A stretch of 64,000 nucleotides of DNA from NCBI GenBank assembly GCA_964016885.1, contig CAXHJY010000001.1:1-64000 (forward strand), in the 5' to 3' direction. Below are positions 30,501 through 48,500 of the stretch, piece by piece (the stretch's first letter is position 1; every line of letters begins with the position of its first letter). Source of the DNA: Eledone cirrhosa (Eukaryota). The notes under the pieces were generated by a model that did no database searches, was not told where the DNA came from, and saw only the letters and a list, made by a program, of their open reading frames with translations. The position numbers and the translations under genes are program-made.

Positions 30501-33500
30501 CACTAAATACCACTGAACAACCACTAGATACCACTGAACTACCACTAGGTACCACTAAACTACCACTAGATACCACTAGATACCACTGAACAACCACTAG
30601 ATACCACTAAACAACCACTAGATACCACTAAACAACCACTAGATACCACTGAACAACGACTAGATACCACTAAACAACCACTAGATACCACTAAACAACC
30701 ACTAGATACCACTAAACAACCTCTAGATACCACTGAACAACCACTAAATACCACTGAACAACCACTAGATACGACTGAACAACCACTAGATACCACTAAA
30801 CAACCACTAGATACCACTGTACAACCACTAGATACCACTAAACTACCACTAGATACCACTGTACAACCACTAGAACCCACTGAACAACCACTAGGTACAA
30901 CTGAACAACCACTGGATACCACTGAACAACCACTAGATACCACTGAACAACCATTAGCTACCACTGAACAACCACTAGATACCACTAAACAACCACTGTA
31001 TACCACTGAACAACCGCTAGATACCACTAAACAACCACTAGATACTACCATTAAACAACCACTAGATACCACAAAACAACCACTAGATACCACGAAGCAA
31101 CCACTAGATCTCATTGAATAACCACTAGGTACCACTGAATAACTACTAGGTACCACTGAACAACCACATGATACCACTAAACAATCAGTAGATACCACTG
31201 TACAGCCACGAGATACCATTGAACAACCACTAAATACCACTGAACAACCACTAAATACCACTGAACAACCACTAAATACCACTGAACAACCACTAAATAC
31301 CACTGAACAACCACTAGATACCACTGAACAACCACTAGATACTACCACTAAACAACCACTAGGTACCTCTGGACAACCAATAGATACCACTAAACAACCA
31401 CTAGATACCACTGAACAACCAATAGATACCACTGAACAACCACTAGATACCATTTAACTAACACTAGATACCACTGTACAACCACTAGATACCACTGAAC
31501 TACCACTAGATACTAACACTAAAGTAACACTAGATACCACTAGATACCACTGAACAACCACTAGATACCATTAAACTACCACTTGATACAACTAAACAAC
31601 CACTAGATACCACTAAACAACCTCTAGATACCACTGAACAACCACTAGATACCACTAAACAATCACTAGATACCACTGAACAACAACTAGATATCACTGA
31701 ACAACCACTAGATACCACTAAACAACCACTAGGTACTAACACTAAAGTACCACTGAACAGCCACTAGATGCTGCTAAACAACCACTAGATACCACTGAAC
31801 TACTGCTAGATACCACTAATATACTGCTAGATACCACTAAATTACCACTAGAACCCACTGAACAACCACTAGAACCCACTGAACAACCACTAAACAACCA
31901 CTAGATACCACTGAACAACCATTAGGTACCACTGAACAACCACTAGATCTCACTGAATAACTACTAGGTACCACTGAACAACCACATGATACCACTAAAC
32001 AACCAGTAGATACCACTGTACAGCCACTAGATACCACTGAACAACCACTAAATACCACTGAACAACCACTAAATACCACTGAACAACCACTAGATACCAC
32101 TGAACAACCACTAGATACCACTAAACAACCAGTAAACATCCACTTAACAACCAATAGGTACCACTAAACAACCAATAGGTACCACTAAACAACCACTAGA
32201 TACCACTGAACAACCACTAGATACCACTGAACAACCAATAGATACCACTGAACAACCAATAGATACCACTGAACAACCACTAGATACCACTGAACAACCA
32301 CTAGATTCCACTGAACAACCATTAGATACCACTGTACAACCACTAGGTACCACTGAACTACCACTAGATACCACTAAACAACCACTAGATGCTAACACTA
32401 GATACCACTAAACAACCACTAGATACCACTGAACAACCACTAGATACCATTAAACTACCACTTGATACAACTAAACAACCACTAGATACCACTAAACAAC
32501 CACTAGATACCACTAAACAGCCACTATATACCACTAAACAACCATTATATACCACTGAACAACCACTAGATACCACTGAACAACCACTAGATACCACAGA
32601 ACAACCACTAGATATCACTGAACAACCACTAGATACCACTGAACAACTACTGTATACCACTGAACAACTACTGTATACCAATTAACCACTAGATACCACT
32701 AAACAACCACAAGGTACCGCTGAACAACCACTAGATACAACTGAACAACTACTGTATACCACTTAAACAACCAGTAGGTACCACTAAACAACCACTAGAT
32801 ACTAACACTAAAGTAACACTAGATACCACTGAACAACCACTTGATACCACTAAACAACAATAAGATACCACTAAACAGCCACTATATACCACTGAACAAC
32901 CACTTGATACCACTAAACAACCAGTAGATACCACTCTAGAGCCACTAACTACCACTGAACAACCAGTAACTACCACTGTACAACCACTAAATACCACTGA
33001 ACAACCACTAGATACCACTGAACAAACACTAGATACCACTGAACAACCACTAGATACTACCACTAAACATCCACTTAACAACCACTAGGTACCACTGGAC
33101 AACCACTAGATACCACTAAACAACCAATAGATACCACTAAACAACCACTAGATACCACTGAACAACCACTAGATACCATTAAACTACCACCTTATACCAC
33201 TAAACAACCACTTGATACCACTAAACAACCACTAGATACCACTAAACAGCCACTAGATACCACTAAACAACCACTAGATACCACTAAACAGCCACTATAT
33301 ACCACTAAACAACCACAAGATACCACTGAACAGCCACTAGATACCACTGCACAACCACTAGATATCACTGAACAACCACTAGATATCACTGAACAACCAC
33401 TAGATACCACTAAACAACCACTAGGTACCGCTGAACAACCACTAGATACCACTGAACAACTACTGTATACCACTTAACAACCACTAGGTACCACTAAACA

Positions 33501-36500
33501 ACCACTAGGTCCCACTGAACAACCACTAGATACCACTTAACAACCACTAGGTACCACTGAACAACCACTAGATATCACTGAACTACCACTAAACAACCAC
33601 TAGATACTAACACTAAAGTAACACTAGATACCACTGTACAACCACTAGATACCACTAAACTACCACTAGGTACCACTAAACTACCACTAGATACCACTAA
33701 AAAACCACTAGATACTACCACTAAACAACCACTAGATACTACCACTAATCAACCACTGTATACCACTGAACAACCACTAGATATCACTGGACAACCACTA
33801 GCTACCACTGAACAATCACTAGATACCACTAAACAACCACTAGATACCACTGAACAACCACTAGATACCACTGAACAACCACTAGATACAACTGAACAAC
33901 CACAAGATACCACTGGATACCACTGAACAACCACTAGATACTAATGAACAACCACTAGATACTAATGAACAACCACTAGATACCACTGAACAACCACTAG
34001 ATACAACTGAACAACCACTAGATACAACTGAACAACCACTAGATACCACTGAACAACCACTAGATACCACTAAACAATCACTAGATGCCACTAAACAACC
34101 ATTAGATACCGCTGTACAACCACTAGATACCACTGATCTACGACTAGATACCACTGAACTACCACTAGATACTAACACTAAAGTACCACTGAACAGCCAC
34201 TAGATGCTGCTAAACAACCACTAGATACCACTGAACTACCACTAGGTACCACTAAACTACCACTAGATACCACTGAACAACCACTAGATAGCACTAAACA
34301 ACCACTAGATACCACTAAACAACCACTAGATACCACTGAACAACGACTAGATACCACTAAACAACCACCAGATACCACTAAACAACCACTAGATACCACT
34401 AAACAACCACTAAACCACTAAATACCACTGAACAACCACTAGATACGACTGAACAATCACTAGATACCACTAAACAACCACTAGATACCACTGTACAACC
34501 ACTAGATACCACTGTACAACCACTAGAACCCACTGAACAACCACTAGATACCACTGGATACCACTGAACAACCACTAGATACCACTAAACAACCACTAGA
34601 TACCACTAAACAGCCACTAGATACCACTGAACAACCACTAGATACCACTGGACAACCACTAGATACTACCACTAAACAACCACTAGATACCACTGAACAA
34701 CCACTAGATAACACTAAACAACCACTAGATACCACTAAACTACCACTAGGTACCACTGAACTACCACTAGGTACCACTAAACTACCACTAGATACCACTA
34801 AAAAACCACTAGATACTACCACTAAACAACCACTAGATACTACCACTAATCAACCACTGTATACCACTGAACAACCACTAGATATCACTGGACAAACACT
34901 AGCTACCACTGAACAATCACTAGATACCACTAAACAACCACTAGATACCGCTGTACAACCACTAGATACCACTGAACAACCACTAGATACAACTGAACAA
35001 CCACTGGATACCACTGAACAACCACTAGATACTAATGAACAACCACTAGATATCACTGAACCACCACTAAACAACCACTAGTTACCACTGGACAACCACT
35101 AGATACTACCACTAAACAACCACTAGATAACACTGAACAACCACTAGATAACACTAAACAACCACTAGATAACACTAAACAACCACTAGATAACACTAAA
35201 CAACCACTAGATACCACTAAACTACCACTAGGTACCACTGAACTACCACTAGGTACCACTAGATACCACTAAAAAACCACTAGATACTACCACTAAACAA
35301 CCACTGTATACCACTGAACAACCACTAGGTACCACTGAACAACTACTGTATACCAATTAACAACCACTAAACACCAATAGATACCACTGAACGACCACTA
35401 GATACCACTGAACAACTACTGTATACCACTTAACAAACACTAGGTACCACTGAACAACCACTAGATACCACTGAACAACTACTGTATACCAATTAACAAC
35501 CACTAAACAACCAATAGATACCACTGAACGACCACTAGATACCACTGAACAACTACTGTATACCACTTAACAACCACTAGGTACCACTTAACAACCACTA
35601 GGTACCACTTAACAACCACTTGATAACACTAAACAACCACTAGATACCACTAAATAACCACTAGATACTACAACTAAACAACCACTAGATACCACTAAAC
35701 AACCACTAGATACTACAACTAAACAACCACTAGATACTACAACTAAACAACCACTAGATACCACTGAACGACCACTAGATACCACTGAACGACCACTAGA
35801 TACCACTGAACGACCACTAGATACCACTGAACAACTACTGTATACCACTGAACAACCACTAGATGCCACTAAACAACCACTAGATACCACTAAACAACCA
35901 CTAAATACCACTAAACAACCACTAGATACTACAACTAAACAACCACTAGATACCACTAAACAACCACTAGATGCCACTGGACAACCACTAGATGCCACTG
36001 GACAACCACTAGATGCCACTACACAACCACTAGATACCACTAAACAACCACTAGATACCACTGAGCAACCACTAGATACCACTGAACAACCATTAGATAC
36101 AACTGAACAACCACTAATCAACCACTAGATATCACTGAACAACCACTAGATACCACTAAACAACCACTAGATACCACTGAACAACCACTAGATACCACTG
36201 AACAACTACTGTATACCAATTAATAACCACTAAACAACCAATAGATACCACTGAACGACCACTAGATACCACTGAACAACTACTGTATACCACTTAACAA
36301 CCACTAGATACCACTTAACAACCACTAGGTACCACTGAACAACCACTAGATATCACTGAACTACCACTAAACAACCACTAGATACTAACACTAAAGTAAC
36401 ACTAGATACCACTGAACAACCACTTGATACCACTAAACAACCACTTGATACCACTAAACAACCACTTGATACCACTAAACAACCACTAGATACCACATAA

Positions 36501-39500
36501 CAACCACTAGATACTACAACTAAACAACCACTAGATACCACTAAACAACCACTAGATACCACTGAACGACCACTAGATACCACTGAACAACTACTGTATA
36601 CCACTGAACAACCACTAGATGCCACTAAACAACCACTAGATACCACTGAACAACCACTAGATACCACTGAACAACCACTAGATACCACTAAACAACCACT
36701 AGATACAACTAAACAACCACTAGATACCACTAAACAACCACTAGATACCACTAATCAACCACTAGATGCCACTGGACAACCACTAGATACCACTAAACAA
36801 CCACTAGATACCACTAAGCAACCACTAGATACCACTAAACAACCACTAGATACCACTGAACAACCACTAGATACAACTGAACAACCACTAGATACCACTA
36901 AACAACCACTAGATACCGCTAAACTACCACTAGGTACCACTGAACTACCACTAGGTACCACTAAAAAACCACTAGATACTACCACTGAACAACCACTAGA
37001 TACTACCACTAAACAACCACTAGATATCACTGAACAACCACTAGGTACCACTGAACAAGCAATAGATACCACTAAACAACCAGTAGATACCACTGTACAG
37101 CCACTAGATACCACTGAACAACCACTAGATACCACTAAACAACCACTAGATACCGCTAAACTACCACTAGGTACCACTGAACTACCACTAGGTACCACTA
37201 AACTACCACTAGATACCACTAAAAAACCACTAGATACTACCACTGAACAACCACTAGATACTACCACTAAACAACCACTAGATATCACTGAACAACCACT
37301 AGGTACCACTGAACAAGCAATAGATACCACTAAACAACCAGTAGATACCACTGTACAGCGACTAGATACCATTAAACAACCACTAGATACCACTGAACAA
37401 CCACTAGATACCACTGGACAACCACTAGATACTACCACTAAACAACCACTAGATACCACTGAACAACCACTAGATACCACTAAACAACCACTAGATACCA
37501 CTAAACAACCACTAGATACCACTAAACTACCACTAGGTACCACTAAACTACCACTAGATACCACTAAAAAACCACTAGATACTACCACTAGATACTACCA
37601 CTAATCAACCACTGTATACCACTGAACAACCACTAGCTACCACTGAACAATCACTAGATACCACTAAACAACCACTAGATACCGCTGTACAGCCACTAGA
37701 TACCACTGAACAACCACTAGATACCACTGAACAACCACTAGATACCACTGAACAACCACTAGATACCACTGCATACCACTGAACAACCACTAGATACTAA
37801 TGAACAACCACTAGATACAACTGAACAACCACTAGATACCACTGAACTACCACTAGATACTACTAAACTACCACTAGATACCACTGAACAACCACTAGAT
37901 ACCACTGAACAACCACTAGATGCCACTAAACAACCATTAGATACCGCTGTACAACCACTAGATACCACTGATCTACGACTAGATACCACTGAACTACCAC
38001 TAGATACTAACACTAAAGTACCACTGAACAGCCACTAGATGCTGCTAAACAACCACTAGATACCGCTGACAACCACTAGGTATCTCTGAACAACCACTAG
38101 ATACCGCTGAAGAAACACTCAGTACCACTGAACAACCACTTGATACCACTGTACAACCAATAGATACCATTGAACACCCACTATATACCACTGAACAACC
38201 ACTACATACCACTGAACAACCACTAGATATCACTAAACAACCACTAGATATCACTGAGCAACCACTAGATACAACTGAACAACCACTAGATACAACTGAA
38301 CAACCATTAGATACCACTGAACAACGACTAGATACCACTGAACAACCACTAGATATCACTGATCAACCACAGATACCACTGAACAACCACTAGATATCAC
38401 TGAACAACCACAGATACCACTGAACAACCACTAGATATCACTAAACAACCACTAGATATCACTAAACAACCACTAGATATCACTAAACAACCACTAGATA
38501 CCACTAAAAAACCACCTGATACCACTAACCTACCACTAGATACCACTGAACAGCCACTAGATACCACTGAACAGCCACTAGATACCACCGAACGACCACT
38601 AGATGCCACTGAACAACCACTAGATACAAATGAACAACCAATAGATACCACTGAACAACCACTAGATACCACTAAACAAACACTAGATACCACTGGACAA
38701 CCACTAGATACCATTGAACACCCACTAGATACCACTGAACAACCACTAGATACAACTGAACAATCACTAGATACCACTGGACAACCACTAGATACCACTG
38801 GACAACTACTAGATACCACTGAACAACCACAAGATACCACTAAACAACCACTAGATACCACTGAACAACCAGTAGATACCACTGAACAACCACTAGATAC
38901 CACTGGACAACCACTAGATATAACTGAACAACAACTAGATACCACTGAACAGCCACTAGATACCACTGAACAGCCACTAGATACCACTGAACAACAACTA
39001 GATACCACTGAACAACCACTAGATACCACTGAACAGCGACTAGCTACCACTGAACAATCACCTGATACCACTGAACTACCACTAGGTACTAACACTAAAG
39101 TACCACTAGATACCACTGAACAACTAGATACCACTAAACAACCACTAGATACAACTGAACAACCACTATATACCACTATATACCACTAAACAACCACTAG
39201 ATACCACTAAACTACCACTAAATACTACTGGACTACCACTAGATGCCACTAAACTACCACTAGATACCACTGGACAAACACTAGATTCCACTAATCTACC
39301 ACTGGATACCACTAAACTACCACTAGATGCCACTATGTACCACTGGACAACCACTAGATACTACCACTAAACCACTACTAGATACTACCACTAAACCACC
39401 ACTAGATACCACTGAACAACCACAAGATACCACTAAACAACCACTTGATACCACTAAACTACCACTTGATACCACTAAACTACCACTTGATACCACTAAA

Positions 39501-42500
39501 CAACCACTAGATACCACTAAACAACCACAGATACCACTGAGCAACCACTAGATATCACTGAACAACCACTAGATATCACTGAACAACCACTCGGTATCAC
39601 TAAACAACCACTAGATACCACTAAACAACCCCCTGATACCACTGATCTACCACTAGATACCACTGAACAGCCACTAGATACCACTGAACAGCCACTAGAT
39701 ACCACTGAACGACCACTAGATACCACTGAACCACCACTAGATACCACTGAACAACCACTAGATACCACTGAACAACCACTAGATACCACTGAACAACCAC
39801 TAGATACCACTGAACAACCACTAGATACCACTAAACAACCACTAGATACAACTAAACAACCACTAGATACCACTGAACAACCACTAAATACCACTGAACA
39901 ACCACTAGATACCACTGAACAACCAATAGATACCACTGAACAACCACTAGATACAACTGAACAACCACTAGATACTACCACTAAACAACCACTAGATACT
40001 ACCACTAAACAACCACTAGATACCACTGAACAACCACTAGATACCACTGGACAACCACTAGATTCAACTGAACAACCACTAGATACAACTGAACAACCAC
40101 TAGATACCACTAAACAACCACTAGATACCACTGAAGAACCACTAGATACCACTGAAGAACCATTAGATACCGCTAAACAACCACTAGATACCACTGAAGA
40201 ACCACTAGATACCACTGAAGAACCATTAGATACCGCTAAACAAACACTAGATACAACTGAACAACCAGTAGATACCACTGGACAACCACTAGATACCACT
40301 GAACAACCACTAGATACCACTGAACAACCACTAGATACCACTGGACAACCACTAGATACAACTGAACAACCACTAGATACCACTGAACAACCACTAGATA
40401 CCACTGAACAACTAGATACCACTAAACAACCACTAGAAACAACTGAACAACCAGTAGATACAACTGAACAACCACTAGATACCACTAAACTACCATTAGA
40501 TACCACTGGACAACCACTAGATACCACTGGACAACCACTAGATGCCACTAAACCAAACACTAGATGCCACTAAACTACCACTAGATACTAACACTAAAGT
40601 ACCACTAGATACAACTGAACAACCACTAGATACAACTGAACAACCACTAGGTACCACTGGACAACCTCCTGATACCACTGAACTACCACTAGATACTAAC
40701 ACTAAAGTACCACTAGATACCACTGAACAACTAGATACCACTAAACAACCACTAGAAACAACTGAAAAACCAGTAGATACCACTGAACAACCACTATATA
40801 CCACTAAACAACCACTATATACCACTAAACAACCACTATATACCACTAAACAACCACTAGATACCATTGGACAACCACTAGATACCACTAAACTACCACC
40901 AGATGCCACTGGACTACCACTAGATGCCACTAAACTACCACTAGATACCACTGGACAAACACTAGATTCCACTAAGCTACCACTGGATACCACTAAATAC
41001 CACGGACAACCACTAGATGCCACTAAACAACCACTGTACCAATGGACAACCACTAGATACCACTGAACAACCACAAGATACCACTAAACAACCACTAGAT
41101 GCCACTGGACAACCACTAGATACCACTAAACAACCACTAGATACCACTAAGCAACCACTAGATACCACTAAACAACCACTAGATACCACTGAACAACCAC
41201 TAGATACAACTGAACAACCACTAGATACCACTAAACAACCACTAGATACCGCTAAACTACCACTAGGTACCACTGAACTACCACTAGGTACCACTAAAAA
41301 ACCACTAGATACTACCACTTAACAACCACTAGATACTACCACTAAACAACCACTAGATATCACTGAACAACCACTAGGTACCACTGAACAAGCAATAGAT
41401 ACCACTAAACAACCAGTAGATACCACTGTACAGCCACTAGATACCACTGAACAACCACTAGATACCACTAAACAACCACTAGATACCGCTAAACTACCAC
41501 TAGGTACCACTGAACTACCACTAGGTACCACTAAACTACCACTAGATACCACTAAAAAACCACTAGATACTACCACTGAACAACCACTAGATACTACCAC
41601 TAAACAACCACTAGATATCACTGAACAACCACTAGGTACCACTGAACAAGCAATAGATACCACTAAACAACCAGTAGATACCACTGTACAGCGACTAGAT
41701 ACCATTAAACAACCACTAGATACCACTGAACAACCACTAGATACCACTGGACAACCACTAGATACTACCACTAAACAACCACTAGATACCACTGAACAAC
41801 CACTAGATACCACTAAACAACCACTAGATACCACTAAACAACCACTAGATACCACTAAACTACCACTAGGTACCACTAAACTACCACTAGATACCACTAA
41901 AAAACCACTAGATACTACCACTAGATACTACCACTAATCAACCACTGTATACCACTGAACAACCACTAGCTACCACTGAACAATCACTAGATACCACTAA
42001 ACAACCACTAGATACCGCTGTACAGCCACTAGATACCACTGAACAACCACTAGATACCACTGAACAACCACTAGATACCACTGAACAACCACTAGATACC
42101 ACTGCATACCACTGAACAACCACTAGATACTAATGAACAACCACTAGATACTAATGAACAACCACTAGATACAACTGAACAACCACTAGATACCACTGAA
42201 CTACCACTAGATACTACTAAACTACCACTAGATACCACTGAACAACCACTAGATACCACTGAACAACCACTAGATGCCACTAAACAACCATTAGATACCG
42301 CTGTACAACCACTAGATACCACTGATCTACGACTAGATACCACTGAACTACCACTAGATACTAACACTAAAGTACCACTGAACAGCCACTAGATGCTGCT
42401 AAACAACCACTAGATACCGCTGACAACCACTAGGTATCTCTGAACAACCACTAGATACCGCTGAAGAAACACTCAGTACCACTGAACAACCACTTGATAC

Positions 42501-45500
42501 CACTGTACAACCAATAGATACCATTGAACACCCACTATATACCACTGAACAACCACTACATACCACTGAACAACCACTAGATATCACTAAACAACCACTA
42601 GATATCACTGAGCAACCACTAGATACAACTGAACAACCACTAGATACAACTGAACAACCATTAGATACCACTGAACAACGACTAGATACCACTGAACAAC
42701 CACTAGATATCACTGATCAACCACAGATACCACTGAACAACCACTAGATATCACTAAACAACCACTAGATATCACTAAACAACCACTAGATACCACTAAA
42801 AAACCACCTGATACCACTAACCTACGACTAGATACCACTGAACAGCCACTAGATACCACTGAACAGCCACTAGATACCACCGAACGACCACTAGATGCCA
42901 CTGAACAACCACTAGATACAAATGAACAACCAATAGATACCACTAAACAAACACTAGATACCACTGGACAACCACTAGATACCATTGAACACCCACTAGA
43001 TACCACTGAACAACCACTAGATACAACTGAACAATCACTAGATACCACTGGACAACCACTAGATACCACTGGACAACTACTAGATACCACTGAACAACCA
43101 CAAGATACCACTAAACAACCACTAGATACCACTGAACAACCACTAGATACCACTGGACAACCACTAGATATAACTGAACAACCACTAGATACCACTGAAC
43201 AACCAGTAGATACCACTGAACAACCACTAGATACCACTGGACAACCACTAGATATAACTGAACAACAACTAGATACCACTGAACAGCCACTAGATACCAC
43301 TGAACAGCCACTAGATACCACTGAACAACAACTAGATACCACTGAACAACCACTAGATACCACTGAACAGCGACTAGCTACCACTGAACAATCACCTGAT
43401 ACCACTGAACTACCACTAGGTACTAACACTAAAGTACCACTAGATACCACTGAACAACTAGATACCACTAAACAACCACTAGATACAACTGAACAACCAC
43501 TATATACCACTATATACCACTAAACAACCACTAGATACCACTAAACTACCACTAAATACTACTGGACTACCACTAGATGCCACTAAACTACCACTAGATA
43601 CCACTGGACAAACACTAGATTCCACTAATCTACCACTGGATACCACTAAACTACCACTAGATGCCACTATGTACCACTGGACAACCACTAGATACTACCA
43701 CTAAACCACTACTAGATACTACCACTAAACCACCACTAGATACCACTGAACAACCACAAGATACCACTAAACAACCACTTGATACCACTAAACTACCACT
43801 TGATACCACTAAACTACCATTTGATACCACTAAACAACCACTAGATACCACTAAACAACCACAGATACCACTGAGCAACCACTAGATATCACTGAACAAC
43901 CACTAGATATCACTGAACAACCACTCGGTATCACTAAACAACCACTAGATACCACTAAACAACCCCCTGATACCACTGATCTACCACTAGATACCACTGA
44001 ACAGCCACTAGATACCACTGAACAGCCACTAGATACCACTGAACGACCACTAGATACCACTGAACCACCACTAGATACCACTGAACCACCACTAGATACC
44101 ACTGAACAACCACTAGATACCACTGAACAACCACTAGATACCACTAGATACCACTAAACAACCACTAGATACCACTAAACAACCACTAGATACCACTGAA
44201 CAACCACTAAATACCACTGAACAACCACTAGATACCACTGAACAACCAATAGATACCACTGAACAACCACTAGATACAACTGAACAACCACTAGATACTA
44301 CCACTAAACAACCACTAGATACTACCACTAAACAACCACTAGATACCACTGAACAACCACTAGATACCACTGGACAACCACTAGATTCAACTGAACAACC
44401 ACTAGATACAACTGAACAACCACTAGATACCACTAAACAACCACTAGATACCACTGAAGAACCATTAGATACCACTGAAGAACCATTAGATACCGCTAAA
44501 CAACCACTAGATACCACTGAAGAACCACTAGATACCACTGAAGAACCATTAGATACCGCTAAACAAACACTAGATACAACTGAACAACCAGTAGATACCA
44601 CTGGACAACCACTAGATACCACTGAACAACCACTAGATACCACTGAACAACCACTAGATACCACTGGACAACCACTAGATACAACTGAACAACCACTAGA
44701 TACCACTGAACAACCACTAGATACCACTGAACAACTAGATACCACTAAACAACCACTAGAAACAACTGAACAACCAGTAGATACAACTGAACAACCACTA
44801 GATACCACTAAACTACCATTAGATACCACTGGACAACCACTAGATACCACTGGACAACCACTAGATGCCACTAAACTAACACTAGATGCCACTAAACTAC
44901 CACTAGATACTAACACTAAAGTACCACTAGATACAACTGAACAACCACTAGATACAACTGAACAACCACTAGGTACCACTGGACAACCACCTGATACCAC
45001 TGAACTACCACTAGATACTAACACTAAAGTACCACTAGATACCACTGAACAACTAGATACCACTAAACAACCACTAGAAACAACTGAAAAACCAGTAGAT
45101 ACCACTGAACAACCACTATATACCACTAAACAACCACTATATACCACTAAACAACCACTATATACCACTAAACAACCACTAGATACCATTGGACAACCAC
45201 TAGATACCACTAAACTACCACCAGATGCCACTGGACTACCACTAGATGCCACTAAACTACCACTAGATACCACTGGACAAACACTAGATTCCACTAAGCT
45301 ACCACTGGATACCACTAAATACCACGGACAACCACTAGATGCCACTAAACAACCACTGTACCAATGGACAACCACTAGATACCACTGAACAACCACAAGA
45401 TACCACTAAACAACCACAAGATACCACTAAACAACCACAAGATACCACTAAACAACCACTAGATACCAATAAACAACCACTAGATACCACTGAACAACCA

Positions 45501-48500
45501 CTAGATACCACTAAACAAAAACTAGATTCTATGACTAAACAACCACTAGATACCACTAAACAACCACTAGATACCACTAAACAACCACTATATACCGCTG
45601 AACAACCACTTGGTTTCTCTGAACAACCACTAGATACCGCTGAAGAACCACTCCGTACCACTGAACAACCACTTGATACCATTGAACACCCACTAGATAC
45701 CACTGAACAACCAATTGATACCACTGAACAACCAATTGATACCACTGAACAACCATTACATACCACTATACAACCACTAGATACCACTGAACAACCAGTA
45801 GATACCACTGAACAACCACTAAATATCACTAAACAACCACTAGATATCACTGAACACCCACTAGATATCACTGAACAACCACTAGATACAACTGAACAAC
45901 CACTAGATACCACTGAACAACTACTAGATATCACTGATCAACCACAGATACCACTGATCAACCACAGATACCACTGAACAACCACTAGATATCACTGAAC
46001 AACCACAGATACCACTGAACAACCACTAGATATCACTAAACAACCACTAGATACCACTAAACAACCACCTGATACGACTGAACTACCACTAGATACCACT
46101 GAACAGCCACTAGATACCACTGAACAGCCACTAGATACCACTGAACAGCCACTAGATACCACTGAACAACCAATAGATACAACTGAACAACCAATAGATA
46201 CCACTATACAACCACTAGATACCACTATACAACCACTAGATACCACTAAACAACCACTAGATACCACTAAACAACCACTAGATACCACTAAACAACCACT
46301 AGATACCACTAAACAACCACTAGATACCACTAAATAACCACTAGATACAACTGAACAACCAATAGATACAACTGAACAACCAATAGATACAACTGAACAT
46401 CCAATAGATACAACTGAACAACCACTAGGTACCACTGAACAACCACCTGATACCACTGAACTACCACTAGATACTAACACTAAAGTACCACTAGATACCA
46501 CTGAACAACTAGATACCACTAGAAACCACTGAACAACCAGTAGATACAACTGAAGAACCACTATATACCACTAAACAACCACTATATACCACTAACCGAC
46601 CACTAGATACCATTGGACAACCACTAAACTACCACTAGATACCACTAAACTACCACTGGATACCACTGGACAACCACTAGATTCCACTAAGCTACCACTG
46701 GATACCACTAAACTACCACTAACTACCACAGACAACCACTAGATGCCACTAAACAACCACTATGTACCACTGGACAACCACTAGATACTACCACTAAACC
46801 ACCACTAGATACCACTGAACAACCACAAGATACCACTAAACAACCACTAGATACCACTGAACAACCACAAGATACAACTAAACAACCACTAGATACCAAT
46901 AAACAACCACTAGATAACACTAAGCAACTACTAGATACTACCACTAAACAACCACTAGATACTACCACTAAACAACCACTAGATACCACTGAAGAACCAT
47001 TAGATACCACTAAACAAACACTAGATACAACTGAACAACCAATAGATACCACTGAACAACCACTAGATACCACTGGACAACCACTAGATAGCACTGAACA
47101 ACCACAAGATACCACTAAACAACCACTAGATACCACTGAACAACCACTAGATACCACTGAACAACCACTAGATACCACTGGACAACCACTAGATACAACT
47201 GAACAACCACTAGATACCACTGAACAACCACTAGATACCACAGAAAAACCACTAGCTACCACTGAACAACCACTAGGTACTAACACTAAAGTACCACTAG
47301 ATACCACTGAACAACTAGATACCACTGAACAACCACTATATTCCACTAAACAACCACTATATTCCACTAAACAATCACTATATACCACTAAACAACCACT
47401 AGATACCACTAAACTACCACTAGATACAACTAAACTACCACTAGATACCACTGGACAACCACTAGATGCCACTAATCTACCACTAGATACCACTGGACAA
47501 ACACTAGATTCCACTAAGCTACCACTGGATACCACTAAATACCACGGACAACCACTAGATGCCACTAAACAACCACTATGTACCACTGGACAACCACTAG
47601 ATACTACCACTAAACCACCACTAGATACCACTGAACAACCACAAGATACCACTAAACAAACGCTAGATACCACTAAACAACCACAAGATACCACTAAACA
47701 AACACTGGATACCAATAAACAACCATTAGATACCACTAAACAACCACTAGATACCACTAGATACTATGACTAAACAACCACTAGATACCATTAAACAACC
47801 ACTATATACCGCTGACAACCACTAGGTATCTCTGAACAACCACTAGATACCGCTGAAGAAACACTCAGTACCACTGAACAACCACTTGATACCACTGTAC
47901 AACCAATAGATACCATTGAACACCCACTATATACCACTGAACAACCACTACATACCACTGAACAACCACTAGATATCACTAAACAACCACTAGATATCAC
48001 TGAGCAACCACTAGATACAACTGAACAACCACTAGATACAACTGAACAACCATTAGATACCACTGAACAACGACTAGATACCACTGAACAACCACTAGAT
48101 ATCACTGATCAACCACAGATACCACTGAACAACCACTAGATATCACTGAACAACCACAGATACCACTGAACAACCACTAGATATCACTAAACAACCACTA
48201 GATATCACTAAACAACCACTAGATATCACTAAACAACCACTAGATACCACTAAAAAACCACCTGATACCACTAACCTACCACTAGATACCACTGAACAGC
48301 CACTAGATACCACTGAACAGCCACTAGATACCACCGAACGACCACTAGATGCCACTGAACAACCACTAGATACAATTGAACAACCAATAGATACCACTGA
48401 ACAACCACTAGATACAACTGAACAACCACTAGATACCACTAAACAAACACTAGATACCACTGGACAACCACTAGATACCATTGAACACCCACTAGATACC

